In this document: piece after piece, positions 1 through 12,253 of the stretch | How positions within the stretch are numbered: the stretch's first letter is position 1 | Layout of the letters: the number at the start of each line of letters is the position of its first letter | IMG/VR virus record: IMGVR_UViG_3300021426_000070 | Span: 1-64,000 of that record | DNA: 64,000 nt | Strand: one strand, 5' to 3' | Source: a virus | Lineage: Duplodnaviria > Caudoviricetes | The notes under the pieces: generated by a model | What the model was told of the DNA's origin: nothing | The model's database searches: none | What the model saw: the letters and a program-made list of their open reading frames with translations, nothing else | Program-made: the position numbers and the translations under genes

Positions 1-1
1 T

Positions 2-3000
2 GGTCTGGTCAGATTGCAATATCCAAAGGTCTCCAGCCTTGTATTTTGATGGACGAGTGAGGTAGGTAGTCGATTTGCCATCTGCCGTTTCTTGTGCATG
101 TGCCGCATTTTCGAGTGCTCTTGCTATATCCTCGTCAGCGATAGGAGTCCAAAGGTAAACCTCTTCCTCGTTATCGAACATAAAGCGGTAGCCATGCCCC
201 GTAGCCTTATCATAATACAAGTCTCCGATGTGGTTATTCTTCTCTTCGTCAGTAGTCCATGCGTTAGCGGGTGCGTTCTGTAAGGTAGGCACACCCGTCA
301 AGAACCACGACTCGATAGCTCCGTCTATTTGGTCTTGTAGGTTATCCATTTCGCTCCATACCGCACTATCATCATAGGTCGTTTGGTGCTCTTGCACAAG
401 TGCGTCAAGCTCTGCATCGCTATTGGTAAACTCAACGTGCGCCTTGATTTTCAACTCTCCCTGACCTTGATTGGCTTGAGAGTCGTACTTGATATAGCTA
501 CCCGTGTTGAGTGGTGAGCCAAAGCGGAAGTTACCCGCAACGTTCATACGTGCTAACCCCGTTTGGCTGTCAAAGCCCATATCAATCATGCACTTGCCAC
601 TCAGCGAGTAGGTATTGATACCTTGATAGATTTGGTATGCGGGTGCGTTATCGCCACCGACAAACTCGATGATAGCACCTTGACGCTCCGTGTTAGTTCT
701 ATTACCCAACTGAGATACATCATCACCCGCCTGCGGTACATCAGAGCCACTTTCCTTATCCGATGCCGACAAGTCGATATAGCCAAACTCATCAGAATCT
801 GACAAGTTACCATTCTTGCCTACAACCAACCGCCAATAACGATGATGGGATATGATGTTATTATCGTAGGTGGTCTTGTCGCAGAAGGCTTGGTCGCCAT
901 TTACAAAGTCGTTGTTGATGGTATTCTCACCATCCTTTGCACGGAAATAAAGGCGATAGTATGATGTGCCAATAGGCTCTGTCTGCGGGTTGGTAGCCAA
1001 AAGCACGTCATTGGAATTGTAAGCCTCTACCTTGACACATTTAAGACCCGCCTTACTTGCTATGCGGTTGCCCGATGTATGCTCGTAATTCTTAATCTCC
1101 ACGTTATCAAAGTAAGCCTTCATGCGGACGTAAAGCTTGTCGGCTTCAATATAAACCTTTCCGTCTGCGTCCTTTCTAAACACGCCACCTTCGCCTCCTA
1201 ATCCACTTGTGAAGCGGTCGCTTACTTGCAGACCTTTAAGGAACGTGATAAAGCCTTGCGCTGTGTCATCATCGAGCTTAGAAAGGAAGCGTGGGTTTGT
1301 GTAGTTAGCTACCACACGTCTTACAGCGTTAAGGTCTATGCCTCCGCCACCACCTACACCGCCCGCTAGGATAGTCTTTACTTGTTCCTTTAACGTGGTC
1401 TGTGCTCCTTTCAGCACCTCGTTACCAACGGTAATCTCTTGACAAAACTCATAATCGAGCTTTGTAACGATTTTCATCAATCGTGTTTCAAGCTGATAGT
1501 CACCATTCTTGTAGATTACCTTTCGTCCGATATACAGATGCGAGTCTTGGTTGAGCAGCACATCATTGTCGTACGTCTTCTTGAACTCAACATAATCAGA
1601 CTTGAACGAGTATGAGTTGTTATCGGTGAACTGATTTTCGATATACTTCAGTGTCTCGTTCTCGAGGTCGTTCTGTGCCGACTCCTCATATTCTGAGCCG
1701 ATAACGATATTGTATAGGTCAACAATATTACCCTTTTGACCATCGTTCTTGTTAGCGAGCTGATTGAGGTTCGTAACCTCTTGTCCGCCCACTTTCACGC
1801 CCTTTGGTATGATACCTTGTGACGTGGTGGTAGGAAGGATATAATCGCCTTGCTCTTGGAAGACTATCTCATAGTCGCCTTCAAGTATATCAATGCCCGT
1901 GTCCCCGTCAGTAGGGTTAGCGGGTATATGCTCTGCAGTGGTATGATAATGAAGACCAAATCCGTAGCCGCCATCATCACCACGTCCTCTGCCCGCCAAA
2001 GGTGTTGTCTCAGCCCCGCTATAAGGGTTGGGTTGGAACGCTCCGTAGAGCTCCTTGCCGCTGATTAAGTCCGTCTCGGGGTTGATAGTGTAGTCACGCC
2101 ACTCTGTTACGTTCTGTCCCGTCTTGATAGGATAGGCAAGCCTTATATACCATACGGCATATTTCTTGTAAACGGGCTGTCCGTCCTCGTAATGGTCAAT
2201 AACCTTTTCGTTGTTCTCATCAAGGAGGTAACGCTCACGGCATCTGACGTTATAAGCGTAGAGGTCTATCTTTGGATAAATCTCGTCAAACACCAACGGC
2301 TTGATTAACGCTTTTGTTCCAACGGGTAGGGATGGTATCACATGCCCGTTATCATCGGTATATATAATACCATCGGGATAGTCGTTCTTGTTAAGCGCAA
2401 GTCTTACGTCCCCTTGCACATACTCACCGCTTGCTGCCCTATTGGATATGTTTCGGGTAGAGCCTTGTGGTAGGTAGGCATTATAGAACCCTTCCTTTGA
2501 GCTCCTAACAGACGGCACTCCGATGTTTCTGCCAACTTCCAATGTCAGCGTCTCCACCTCATCATGGTCTATCATGATATGACCGAAATAAAGCGTCTTG
2601 CTCTCCCACTCTATATGCCATTCGCACTTCAGCAGATTAGCCACGTTTGACAAGGCAGACAATATATCGAGCGAACTAAATGTTGTGTTCACGATATTAT
2701 CCACCTCTCCAACGATAACGTAGGAAAAAGTGTTTGCCGCTAGACCCATTTCTTTCTCTATGGTGCGGCAGAACAAGATAAGCAGCGTATTGATGTCACC
2801 GCAATAAGGAAACTCTATCAAGCTGATAGGCTCTCCCATTGTGTCAGTGGTATCGTATCGGAACGGTACTTTACCTAGGTACATCTTCGGGTGTTGGAAC
2901 TCGGGTTTGTACTCGTACTCATCTTCGCTCTTTTGTTCTGGCTCATAAGGCTCGAGTAAGACGAAAGCTGTTTCCTTGTATATGATGTATGCCCCAACGG

Positions 3001-3154
3001 GGAGGGTGTATTTCTCACTATCACGCCATGACAACGTGATATAATCGGATTTCATCAACTCCTCCACATGCTCACAAGGCTCTGTGATTGGTAGGTCGCT
3101 GAGGACATCAGACAACACAAGCTTATTTCCGTTATTATCGTAAATATCTATCAT
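2..3154 (-). CDS. Large tail/baseplate-spike structural protein (3'-truncated by window edge)
   Basis: Open frame from ATG at 3154 (MIDIYDNNGNKLVL...) to the window start, >1000 aa, absent from the ORF track. Resembles Bacteroidales phage tail proteins (EELMKSDYITLSW, GSTRNI, DEIYPK, RFLSKLDDDTAQGFITFLKG). Has its own late-type promoter. Confidence 0.75.
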   Translation of the reverse strand, partial: MIDIYDNNGNKLVLSDVLSDLPITEPCEHVEELMKSDYITLSWRDSEKYTLPVGAYIIYKETAFVLLEPYEPEQKSEDEYEYKPEFQHPKMYLGKVPFRYDTTDTMGEPISLIEFPYCGDINTLLILFCRTIEKEMGLAANTFSYVIVGEVDNIVNTTFSSLDILSALSNVANLLKCEWHIEWESKTLYFGHIMIDHDEVETLTLEVGRNIGVPSVRSSKEGFYNAYLPQGSTRNISNRAASGEYVQGDVRLALNKNDYPDGIIYTDDNGHVIPSLPVGTKALIKPLVFDEIYPKIDLYAYNVRCRERYLLDENNEKVIDHYEDGQPVYKKYAVWYIRLAYPIKTGQNVTEWRDYTINPETDLISGKELYGAFQPNPYSGAETTPLAGRGRGDDGGYGFGLHYHTTAEHIPANPTDGDTGIDILEGDYEIVFQEQGDYILPTTTSQGIIPKGVKVGGQEVTNLNQLANKNDGQKGNIVDLYNIVIGSEYEESAQNDLENETLKYIENQFTDNNSYSFKSDYVEFKKTYDNDVLLNQDSHLYIGRKVIYKNGDYQLETRLMKIVTKLDYEFCQEITVGNEVLKGAQTTLKEQVKTILAGGVGGGGGIDLNAVRRVVANYTNPRFLSKLDDDTAQGFITFLKGLQVSDRFTSGLGGEGGVFRKDADGKVYIEADKLYVRMKAYFDNVEIKNYEHTSGNRIASKAGLKCVKVEAYNSNDVLLATNPQTEPIGTSYYRLYFRAKDGENTINNDFVNGDQAFCDKTTYDNNIISHHRYWRLVVGKNGNLSDSDEFGYIDLSASDKESGSDVPQAGDDVSQLGNRTNTERQGAIIEFVGGDNAPAYQIYQGINTYSLSGKCMIDMGFDSQTGLARMNVAGNFRFGSPLNTGSYIKYDSQANQGQGELKIKAHVEFTNSDAELDALVQEHQTTYDDSAVWSEMDNLQDQIDGAIESWFLTGVPTLQNAPANAWTTDEEKNNHIGDLYYDKATGHGYRFMFDNEEEVYLWTPIADEDIARALENAAHAQETADGKSTTYLTRPSKYKAGDLWILQSDQT

Positions 3155-3162
3155 ATCAGATG

Positions 3163-3234
3163 CAAAGATACGAAAAAAGGAACACCCTTAATGGATATTC
3201 CTCTTCTTGCTTGTTACAATAAAAAAAGTGTGCG
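3163..3234 (-). promoter_or_regulatory. Late-type promoter: -7 box TATCTTTG (3163-3170) plus operator (3213-3234)
   Basis: Matches the Bacteroidetes TAnnTTTG consensus; operator GTTACAATAA-aa-AAAGTGTGCG (+ strand). Confidence 0.7.
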
Positions 3235-3906
3235 AAATTACAACTTCTCGATTTCCTTTTCTATCTGTTTGATTGTATCTACACAATACTTGTAGATAAG
3301 CCCAGTAAGATTATCTTCTTGGACTACAGCATGCTGCTGACCATCCATTGTTGTGTACCTTACAGAACCACTTGGGCTTTTCTCTATCAGCCCCTTCAGT
3401 TTGTTTAAATCGTCTAATCGCATTTTATAGCGAATAGCCATATCTAAGTTCTTTATATCCATATCATTTCCTTTTGTTTCTACCTCTCTTTCTGAACAGC
3501 ATAGCATCTTGTGGTCTGAATTGCAATCTTCTCACCTTTGGCTCGGGTTTCATCACCTTATGCTCCACGGGGACAATCTCACAATCAAACTGACGCCCTT
3601 TCTCAGCAATCAGATTAGGGTCTATCATGTCATACGCCTCCTTTGGCATAAGCATCTTAGTAGGCTTGTTATCATGTTCTCTGAGGGTGTTTACCACTCG
3701 CTCCAAATCATCAACAACACTCATTTACAACCCCCTCATGCGCTTTATCAGTTTTATCTTCTCTTCATCACCGATATAAGGATTGTTGAGCACGTCATCC
3801 TCACACTTATCCCTTTTCTTTGCCATCGTACGCTCTGCATCTCTATAGAGATAGATAGATGCGATTACGATAACCACTATAAATGCAAAACACAAACTAG
3901 TCATAG

Positions 3907-4461
3907 TCAATAAGCTTTTCCTCCATGATGATAGGAGCGACCCTCGTTGTACTTCATCTTCTGCTCGATATGCCAATCAATATCAAACCCTAGTTGGTCT
4001 GCCCACTGATAGACGTAGTAAATGGACGTAGCGATATTCAGCATCCCACTATTGAGCTTTTCATTTACCAAATCCCATGCGTTATCTGAGAAATCCTTGT
4101 TACACGGAACATCGTTGTGATAGCAGTTGAACCGCATATCAACACCCCATGTTTCATAGGCAAAGTCAAGCAGTCGGATAATGACATCAGCAATTTCAGC
4201 CTCACGGCACGGCTTGATATTATCATGGTAATAATCCCGCCACTCTTTATCGTCCTTGATGGCACTTCTAGCCGCCTTGTACTCATCAGTATGCCCGTAC
4301 AAGCCTTTTCTGTCGGCTTCCACAGCCTCGGCAACCTCAGTGACCACCAACATCATCCACTTCTTTTCGCTCTTCGGAGCATCATGCCAACCTTTTATAC
4401 ATGCCGTATCATGGATAAGCATAGAAAGGTCTTCCAACTTCTCACAATCAATCTCTTTCAT
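3907..4461 (-). CDS. MazG-like nucleotide pyrophosphohydrolase
   Basis: EVAEAVEA and EIADVIIRLLD motifs; C-terminal KMKYNEGRSYHHGGKAY. Confidence 0.75.
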   Translation of the reverse strand: MKEIDCEKLEDLSMLIHDTACIKGWHDAPKSEKKWMMLVVTEVAEAVEADRKGLYGHTDEYKAARSAIKDDKEWRDYYHDNIKPCREAEIADVIIRLLDFAYETWGVDMRFNCYHNDVPCNKDFSDNAWDLVNEKLNSGMLNIATSIYYVYQWADQLGFDIDWHIEQKMKYNEGRSYHHGGKAY

Positions 4462-5508
4462 ATCACATTCTAATTAAAAACTTTTTTCCCAAAATGGCAC
4501 AAAGAGCTTGCACGGCTCTGTCTGCTGCTCGTCAAGCCACATACGATAGAAGCTGCTCGTTCTTGGATTACAGACAACACAGACCTTATTTTGCATGGCT
4601 CTCTAACAGCTTTCTCGTTTCCAACCCTACATCTTCTAACGCCCTTTTCATATCCTCTTGCGAGTACCCGAGCTTACGCATAGTATTCTGCAATGCAGTG
4701 ACACGTGAAAACAGCTCACGCCCAAAATCACGTATGTTAGACTCTAACACCTCTTGCGGAGTGAAATACAAATCCTTTATTGCGAATCCATCTTCACCCG
4801 TATGATAAGCGTACATTCTCGTACTCTTTAAGGCAACATTATCTACATCAGTCCTTATGTAGTAATCTATATGCCAATAACCATATTCACCTTGCTCTTT
4901 CTCGTATTTAGTAGGCTCATACCATCTGACTTCAACCTTCCTAACCTCGCAGACGGATATATGCTCATAGTTATGGTAGTTCCACGGACAATGAGTGTAA
5001 CATCTATCACCAACCTTCAGCAGCGGCACTGGCGGATGGTTCTTATCTCTATACTTATATTCACTATCTGCCATAATTAACAATTACCTAAAATTCCATT
5101 TGCTCATGTAATTAAACTTGGCGGGGAAACCCTCTATATCCTTTGGCGAAAGAAATTCCTTTTGGCAGTCGGCTGTGAAATATTCCTTTTCTGAGATAGG
5201 TACTATGTCAAAATTAGGCAGATATCCCCATCCTTGCACACCCTTACCTAAGACTTTCATATCTCTTTCTTCAATGCACCAATTCAGCACTATGCTATAA
5301 TGATAGCCTTCAAAACTATATACAGCAACTTGAACTCTTGAAGTATAACATCCTGTTTCAGTCAAGTCGGGGTTATAGCGCACCTCGAAGTACTTAACAT
5401 ACTCTTTCTCATCAAGCACTTCTCTCTCGTACCTCTCGCAGTCTTTCTTGCTAAGGAACTCTTTGCCGTCATTGGCAACGAATAATTCTACTGTCTTTTT
5501 TGTACTCT

Positions 5509-6009
5509 TCATCCTTCAATCCCAACCTTTATACCGACAATACAGAAAAAACCAACAATCAAACTGATAATATTCAGTGTCGCATAAAGGGCATTATTCG
5601 GGTATCTCGATATGCCGCTAGGAATAGTAAGCACAGTACCATTCTCGCCTTGGTCTGTCAGCGACTCACGCACTTTCATCAGAACATTGGTCTTTTCTAG
5701 CGGAGTGCTATTTATGCAGCTAGCAAGCTCTTTCTTGCAAGCCTTGATATTCTGATACCAAAAGCATACATTCTCGTCTTCTGTGCGGTAGAAAACAGAC
5801 GTATAGCCATTCGTCATCCCGTTTGCCTCTATGTACTTTAACGCCTTATCAATACGATTCAGCGCAATCTCTACGGAGTTGGCATCAGCCGCTTGTTTCA
5901 GATAGCCGCTGCAGTCTTGACGAAACTCAACATTCATTACTACTGTGCTCACTGGCATTACGCAGCAAGCCAACAACAAAATACCGAATAAAGCAATTTT
6001 ACTTTTCAT
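5509..6009 (-). CDS. Membrane-anchored hypothetical protein
   Basis: Hydrophobic N-terminal and C-terminal segments. Confidence 0.5.
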   Translation of the reverse strand: MKSKIALFGILLLACCVMPVSTVVMNVEFRQDCSGYLKQAADANSVEIALNRIDKALKYIEANGMTNGYTSVFYRTEDENVCFWYQNIKACKKELASCINSTPLEKTNVLMKVRESLTDQGENGTVLTIPSGISRYPNNALYATLNIISLIVGFFCIVGIKVGIEG

Positions 6010-7511
6010 AACTCTTATTTTTTTATTAAACACTTACAATGTTACACCCATCACCGCTGTTGTCTTGAACTCATTGAAAAGCTCACGTGCCACCTCTTCT
6101 AGCTCGGGGCAGTATTTCAAGATACTATGGGGAAGACACTTATATGTTACCTCCAAACACTCTTCGGTTAGGCTCTTGCGCACCTCTTCTGTATCACCAC
6201 GCTCTTCTAACACCCGCTTGAAAAGAGCATCATTCTTCTGTCTTACTGAGTAGTACAAGTCCTCGGGGGCTTTGCCGTCCTCGACAAACACTTTACCCTC
6301 TAGGTTCATCTGCCGTGCAATGATGTTACGCATCTTAATCCTCTGTCTGTCTGCAGTCTGTTTGTACCTCGGGGCGATATAAGCACCCACATGCACATCA
6401 CCATCAAGGAAATAGAAATGGAATATCACATCCTTGTAGTTAAGGTAATAGCCTACCGACCCTTTCTTGTCGGGCATGCCGAAACGTTGGCTCAGATACA
6501 AATGTACTGTTGCCATATCGAGATTAAGCATCTCTACGGCAATATCCTCTAGCTCTTTTGTATATACGTACCTCTTGGGCACTACTCTAATCCTTCTTAT
6601 ATCCATACCTCATTTTAATTACATTAATCGCTTGCTCTCTCTCACCATAGCACCAACGCCCATCATCGGACACATAATAGCCGCTATTCGTATCAAAAGA
6701 GCTTCTGACAAAGGTTATACCCTTATCCTTGTTCACGCACAACACATCTAGGTCTTGCTCATTGAGTAGCCTTTGGTTTGTCTCTACGAGCTCGTCACAA
6801 AGCAACTCACCCTCAGAGAACAGCTCTATCACAAACTTATCCATTTTACCTTTTTAAAGTACTCTTCTAAAACCTCTTTCTTGATATCGTGGAACGTACA
6901 CCCGTTGCAGTCGGTTATGCAACCGCTCTGACCCGACACATACACCTCACCTTTCTTGTAGCACACCTTTTTCAGCACAACCATATCCTTGATGCATTCA
7001 TAGTGCCCACCGACCTCGATATCACTATTCACGCCCGTATAAAAGATGTCCTTCACACTCTCATACACATACGACTTTGCCGCCTTTGCCCTACGCTCGA
7101 TAGAGTCAATATCCTCGTACAGAGTACTGTCTGTTGTCTTGAAGACGATGTTTCGTCCTTTATAGCGGATAAGGAAACTATACAAGCCGTTACCCTCTAT
7201 CTTTGCGACAATCTTGTGCCCGTTAAACATTACAGACTTCATGTTTGCCATTTTCTTTCTCATTTTACATTAACCTTGTCATAATCACATAAGACTTGTT
7301 TCAGTCCATTCATCTGTTGGAAATGCCCCTTGCAGCCTTTGCAAGCAAAAGAGCCAATCATCACACCTTTATTGTAAGGGCAGGGTGTGATACACTCACT
7401 ACCCTTAACCCGATAACTCATGTTACGCATAAGCAATACACAGAAAACAATACGTAAATAAGAACACACCCGCAGCAACTAACATATAGCCGATAAAACT
7501 AAATACCTTCT

Positions 7512-7835
7512 TCATTTCAGTATAAATAAAAGGTTCGACTTACGAAAACAACGCCACTCTCTCTTGTCAATATCGTAATAGGTCTGCAAGCTGTCGTTTG
7601 TCTTGCGTGTACCATTCGTTGTTGGCACTTCACCCTGCATCAGCGAGCCTCGAGCCTCACGAAAGGTATTATCCACCTTCTTGAACAGAAAACGGACAAC
7701 CCCCTTGGTCATCTTCTTGTAGAGCTTCAAGTTACGCCATGCAACCTTCAGAGCCTCGCTCTGTGTGAAATGGTTCTCTCTTACGAAACGAACTGCGTCC
7801 TTCATCAATCTGCTCAAATCATTACGTGTTACCAT
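7512..7835 (-). CDS. SH3/WYL_2-like (DUF2693-type) protein
   Basis: VVRFLFKKVD...REARGSL...YYDIDKREWRCFR pattern. Confidence 0.65.
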   Translation of the reverse strand: MVTRNDLSRLMKDAVRFVRENHFTQSEALKVAWRNLKLYKKMTKGVVRFLFKKVDNTFREARGSLMQGEVPTTNGTRKTNDSLQTYYDIDKREWRCFRKSNLLFILK

Positions 7836-7924
7836 AATTGCTACAATTTTTACCGAGTGTCTCTCGTGTTTAATATTTAACCTATATCCTTAACCTAAAC
7901 GGCATTGGATTAATTTTGATACTG

Positions 7925-7932
7925 CAAAGATA
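7925..7932 (-). promoter_or_regulatory. Host-type promoter -7 box (early class, with leader hairpin at 7854-7866)
   Basis: TATCTTTG with a TTG element about 25 nt upstream. The same architecture occurs at 16563, 26735, 29982, 40327 and 61824. Confidence 0.7.
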
Positions 7933-9037
7933 AGCATATTTTCTTAATCACGCAAGTTTTTTAAGAAAAATCTTATCCGTTTTAACTTTGTTTAAGTTTT
8001 CGGTCAACACATCAAATATCCTTTAACATAACAAAAATTCCCCATCCACTCTACACCGATAGTAATTCTGTTATTGGTATCAATATGATGTTTACATACG
8101 GACAAAAGTATTCCTTTATACACTCTCTGTTTCAGTTCATCTATGTGCTTGTCTATATCACGCCAAAGGGGTTTACTGTTGTGGTCAAATATTACCTCGC
8201 AAATATTCATGCCCAAGGCTTTGCCTTTCGGTCTTTTGAATCCCTCGTGCTTGACACCATCGGGGTCTATCAACATAATAACGCCTAGGTCTTCATAACC
8301 CTCTTCGATTTCCAACGACAAAGGTACTTCGGGACGGGTAACATACCGCATACCATCTTTCTCTTCTATATGGGTAAACACTTCCTTGCCCTCACGCATA
8401 TAGGTAAGGTTATGCTCTCTCAAGATTTCTACTATTGGTCTTTTCATTTCTCTCTTTTCTTTTAGTTGCTATATCCTCAAACGCATATACCACACGATAC
8501 ATTGTGCGGATAAAGAGTTTAATCATGCTCGGTGTCATACGCTGCATACCGCCATGACCAAAGATTACCATGCCATTCTTCAGCTCTTCTATGTTAGCAG
8601 CACCCTTTACATAGGCGTAGAACGTCATCATGGATTGACTGAACCCAAAGGCGTTAAGGCTACGGAACATCTGAAGCCTATAGCCTTCTGCCCCATTTAA
8701 CACCATATTGCAGAAAGCATCGACAGTACCTTTGTCGTACCCCTTACCATCTAGCTCCTTACAGCATCTCGAATACTCTTTGTAAAAATGAATAGACAAG
8801 TCAGAGTATTTATCCGCATTAGGCAGAAAGGCACTAGTGGGTATCTCAACACCGAACATGCTACTATACTCTTCCGACATCTGTTCTGCCTCTGTGTACG
8901 AGAACTCACTATTGGCGCATACAGAATAAAGGGTGTAGGATTGGAAGGCGTTGTAGGTAGCGCACAGCAAAGCGGCTAGCTCTACACGTCTGTTTCGTCT
9001 CATAGCGTTTCTAAACACTATCGGATTGATGTAGTTT

Positions 9038-9523
9038 CTATTTACCATGTTTCAGCTTCTGATATTCGTTATTTGCCATCTTGTCAACTACCTCATTCCA
9101 CTTGTTGCCGTTATGCCCCTTGACCCATTGGAAGAATACCTCCTTACCCCTACTGACCTCGAAGAACTTCTCTATGAGGTTGAGGTTTGTCTTCGGTCTG
9201 AAATATCCACTGAGTGCGTTAATGGCATATTGGCTGTCGGAATAGACCACGACACTAGCACCTTGAGGAATCCAATTCACTGCACTGATGATAGCCATTA
9301 GCTCGACATAGTTATTGGTCTTGTTCAAGAACCCCTTTGATGCCCGATGCACCTCATTACCCTTGCTATCGAGTATGACATATGCTGCACCAGCGGGTCT
9401 TATCGGATTGTTGTTGTCGTTACTGCCATCGGTATAAGCCACATAGGAGCTCACTATCTCTGCGCCCAAATGCTCTATTATTGCCTCTTTTTCTTCCATT
9501 TCCCCTATATCATTTTTTACCAT
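9038..9523 (-). CDS. rnhA: Ribonuclease HI
   Basis: YTDGS, TNNYVEL, SDSQY and WVKGHNGNKWNEVVDKMA catalytic motifs. Confidence 0.92.
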   Translation of the reverse strand: MVKNDIGEMEEKEAIIEHLGAEIVSSYVAYTDGSNDNNNPIRPAGAAYVILDSKGNEVHRASKGFLNKTNNYVELMAIISAVNWIPQGASVVVYSDSQYAINALSGYFRPKTNLNLIEKFFEVSRGKEVFFQWVKGHNGNKWNEVVDKMANNEYQKLKHGK

Positions 9524-9528
9524 CTATG

Positions 9529-10293
9529 CTATACCATACCAAGGGACTGACGAACGCCTTTGCTTAACGTGTACGTGTTTGCTGTGACGATGAATCCGTA
9601 ATTGCGGGTTGTAAAGGTAAAGCCCTCTACGTACATGCGGTTCACACCACGCATCTCGATACGAAGGAAATGTGTCTGCTTGCGACACCATCGTTTCTGT
9701 AAGGCATAGGACACGACACGCTCTGCAGTCCTCACACACACACCAACCTCTTTCGCAATACGCTTGTAAGAAAGCCCTAGTTCCTTAACGCTGTCATACA
9801 CCGACTTCAAGACACCTTGCTTGACGAGACGCTTCACTGCTTTTCTCGCACTATTGAAATCCTGACCTTTCTTCGGATTACGTGCAATTTGAAGCGTGCG
9901 ACAAACATAGTCCTTACGTTGCTGCAGAATAAGTAAAAGGAACGCCCTTAGAGAATTATACACGCTCTTGAAAGACTTGAACGAGAAACGATGAATATCA
10001 ATGTTTCGTGCCTTGTGCTTAGAGCGCATACAACTTATCACCAAATGCTCGTTGTTCTTTCCGTCAAACCGCACAAGACCCATATCAACCATTATAGGCA
10101 GATATTTCTTGAACGTCTCAGTATGAATACGAGCCATCTTCTGTATCTTATATGGATTATAGTTTCTGATTGTAGAGCCACGCCCGCATAACTTCTTAAG
10201 ATAGAGAGCAAGAGCCACAGCTTTTTGTTTCTGCGTCTCACCTACTATCTCATTTGTTATCTTACGACTTATGTACTCGACTCTACTTTTCAT
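9529..10293 (-). CDS. Basic putative DNA-binding/replication protein (two HTH-like segments)
   Basis: Lys/Arg-rich; LSYKRIAKEVGVCVRTAER is HTH-like; long structured leader. Confidence 0.4.
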   Translation of the reverse strand: MKSRVEYISRKITNEIVGETQKQKAVALALYLKKLCGRGSTIRNYNPYKIQKMARIHTETFKKYLPIMVDMGLVRFDGKNNEHLVISCMRSKHKARNIDIHRFSFKSFKSVYNSLRAFLLLILQQRKDYVCRTLQIARNPKKGQDFNSARKAVKRLVKQGVLKSVYDSVKELGLSYKRIAKEVGVCVRTAERVVSYALQKRWCRKQTHFLRIEMRGVNRMYVEGFTFTTRNYGFIVTANTYTLSKGVRQSLGMV

Positions 10294-10855
10294 TTTAAAT
10301 GTTCAACACAACGGTCTGACCCATAAAAAAGTCAATCCCGCAACCTTGAATTTGTCATTTTTAACCTTGTCTCGAGTCTTATAGGACGTACAAAAACAAA
10401 GCGAGCCGTTAGGAATTATCCCTAACGACTCTGACCTTGTTGGATGCAGTCTTCGGGAGACAACTTTTCAGTTGATAGGGAGTCCCGAAAGTATCTGCAT
10501 ATGTTTAGTGCAACGCAATGCCTTTCGTACCGCTATCCAGCTCCCTATTTCCTTCAAGCATTGCAAAGGTACGAACATTTTTTTGTATTTGCAAATTTTA
10601 TCCATGATTTTTGCTCATATTTTGGTTTCTTTAACATCTGCCCCCAAAAGATGCCGTTCTTTATACACAAGATACATGGCTCTGCGATACGCCCGTCTGT
10701 TCTCTATATCCTTTTCGGTCATATTCTCATTCTGCTTACGCCTATACTCTTTTCCGTAAGCTAAAAGGCGTTCTCTGTTGTTCTTGTAATACTCTCTGTT
10801 AGCCTCTTTCAGCCGCTCTAAATGCTTCAATCGGTATTGGCGCATATACTCACGC

Positions 10856-11266
10856 CTATTTCTTCTGTTCTGTTCTGATATCATAAGTAGTACCTTTTAC
10901 TTTTAACTCTGCATATCTGCCATCAACATTATGTCTCAGCATCTTACCCAATGGGGAATGATTGTCAAATGGGCTACCATCATTAATGAAGAAATATCCG
11001 TCTGAATGATATTCCACAGAGCCAAACGGCTTCTTATCATCAAATCTCGAATAAATCAAATCGCCCTCGAATATAGGCTTATTGTCAAAGTCATAAAGCC
11101 CCGTAAACTGCCCAACACTCTCGGGGACTACCTCATAGCCGCCGACCATCAACCTATCAGTAAGGAACGGCTCGGTCTTATTGACCTTCTTGTTATGCAC
11201 CAAGTCACCATAGACCCAACCTTTGCGACCATTGGCATCCCATCCTCTGAATTTTATTTCTCTCAT
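10856..11266 (-). CDS. YopX family protein
   Basis: MREIKFRGW...WVYGDL...VGQFTGLYD...IFEGD. Confidence 0.85.
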   Translation of the reverse strand: MREIKFRGWDANGRKGWVYGDLVHNKKVNKTEPFLTDRLMVGGYEVVPESVGQFTGLYDFDNKPIFEGDLIYSRFDDKKPFGSVEYHSDGYFFINDGSPFDNHSPLGKMLRHNVDGRYAELKVKGTTYDIRTEQKK

Positions 11267-11374
11267 ACAAACGAAATCTTTACATGGGTTATAAGATAGA
11301 CTATCAGTATCATCAACACACAGAGCACCAAAGAGCACCCAAGACAATTTGAACCATCATTTTTTGCCATAACA

Positions 11375-12253
11375 CTATTCTCTATTAGGATATCTAAACT
11401 TGTATTTCTCTCTTACGTCTTCAAGGAAATCCAAATAATTGAAATTCGGATTATCTTTCTTTATAATTTTTAATAGCATCTTACGCTCCATATCGCTAAA
11501 ATCAGCACTCTCTTGCATCTTTTCGTACAGATTACGATACATGGCTGCGTCTTCCATCCACCCTTGCGAATTTTTTGAAACAGCCTCTAGCTTTTCTTTC
11601 AGCTCATTATAAGACAGCTCACGACCACTTTTTTCCAACTCACTGCGGAGCAACTGTTCATTTCTCTCTGCCCTTTCCAACGCCTTGTTTCTCTCAATCT
11701 TCGTGCTGACCCAATTATAATAGAACTTCTCACCGAGGTTCAATTGGGCATCCGTGTATTTCTCTTTGTGAAGACATGGAGCTTTCTTTTGGATAAAAAG
11801 CCTATTTTCCTTTACCCATATCAGACCCGCATATTCGGGCACTTCTTCAACTTGTATCATGCCATATGGAACGGCATAGTAGAAGTAGTTTGGCATTCGC
11901 TTATTATCCACAACCCTTTCGATGTGCTGTTTGATATCATCATCATCCCAATACCTATACTTCTTCTCCATTTTGCCGAATAGGTCTTGCTCATAGACCT
12001 TCTGTTTATCTTTGGCAATGGTAGAGCTGAGGACAATATGCTTTTCTAGCTTATGCTTGAAATCATTCTTGTAGTCAGCACGGCTAATCTTAATCTCGAA
12101 CTCATGGATATACCCGCTCTTAGTCCATAGAAGCTTATCAGACTCCCATGGGAACACATAGAGGTTATCGACATTATATTTCACGCTGCCATGAGCAAAG
12201 AACCCGTTGAGTGCCCGTTGAATGGTCTGTTCTGTATAAACGAAATCACTCAT
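11375..12253 (-). CDS. MmcB-like PD-(D/E)XK nuclease-fold protein with coiled-coil tail
   Basis: WESD...EFEIKISRADYKNDFK, PNYFYYAVP...VPEYAGL. Confidence 0.6.
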   Translation of the reverse strand: MSDFVYTEQTIQRALNGFFAHGSVKYNVDNLYVFPWESDKLLWTKSGYIHEFEIKISRADYKNDFKHKLEKHIVLSSTIAKDKQKVYEQDLFGKMEKKYRYWDDDDIKQHIERVVDNKRMPNYFYYAVPYGMIQVEEVPEYAGLIWVKENRLFIQKKAPCLHKEKYTDAQLNLGEKFYYNWVSTKIERNKALERAERNEQLLRSELEKSGRELSYNELKEKLEAVSKNSQGWMEDAAMYRNLYEKMQESADFSDMERKMLLKIIKKDNPNFNYLDFLEDVREKYKFRYPNRE

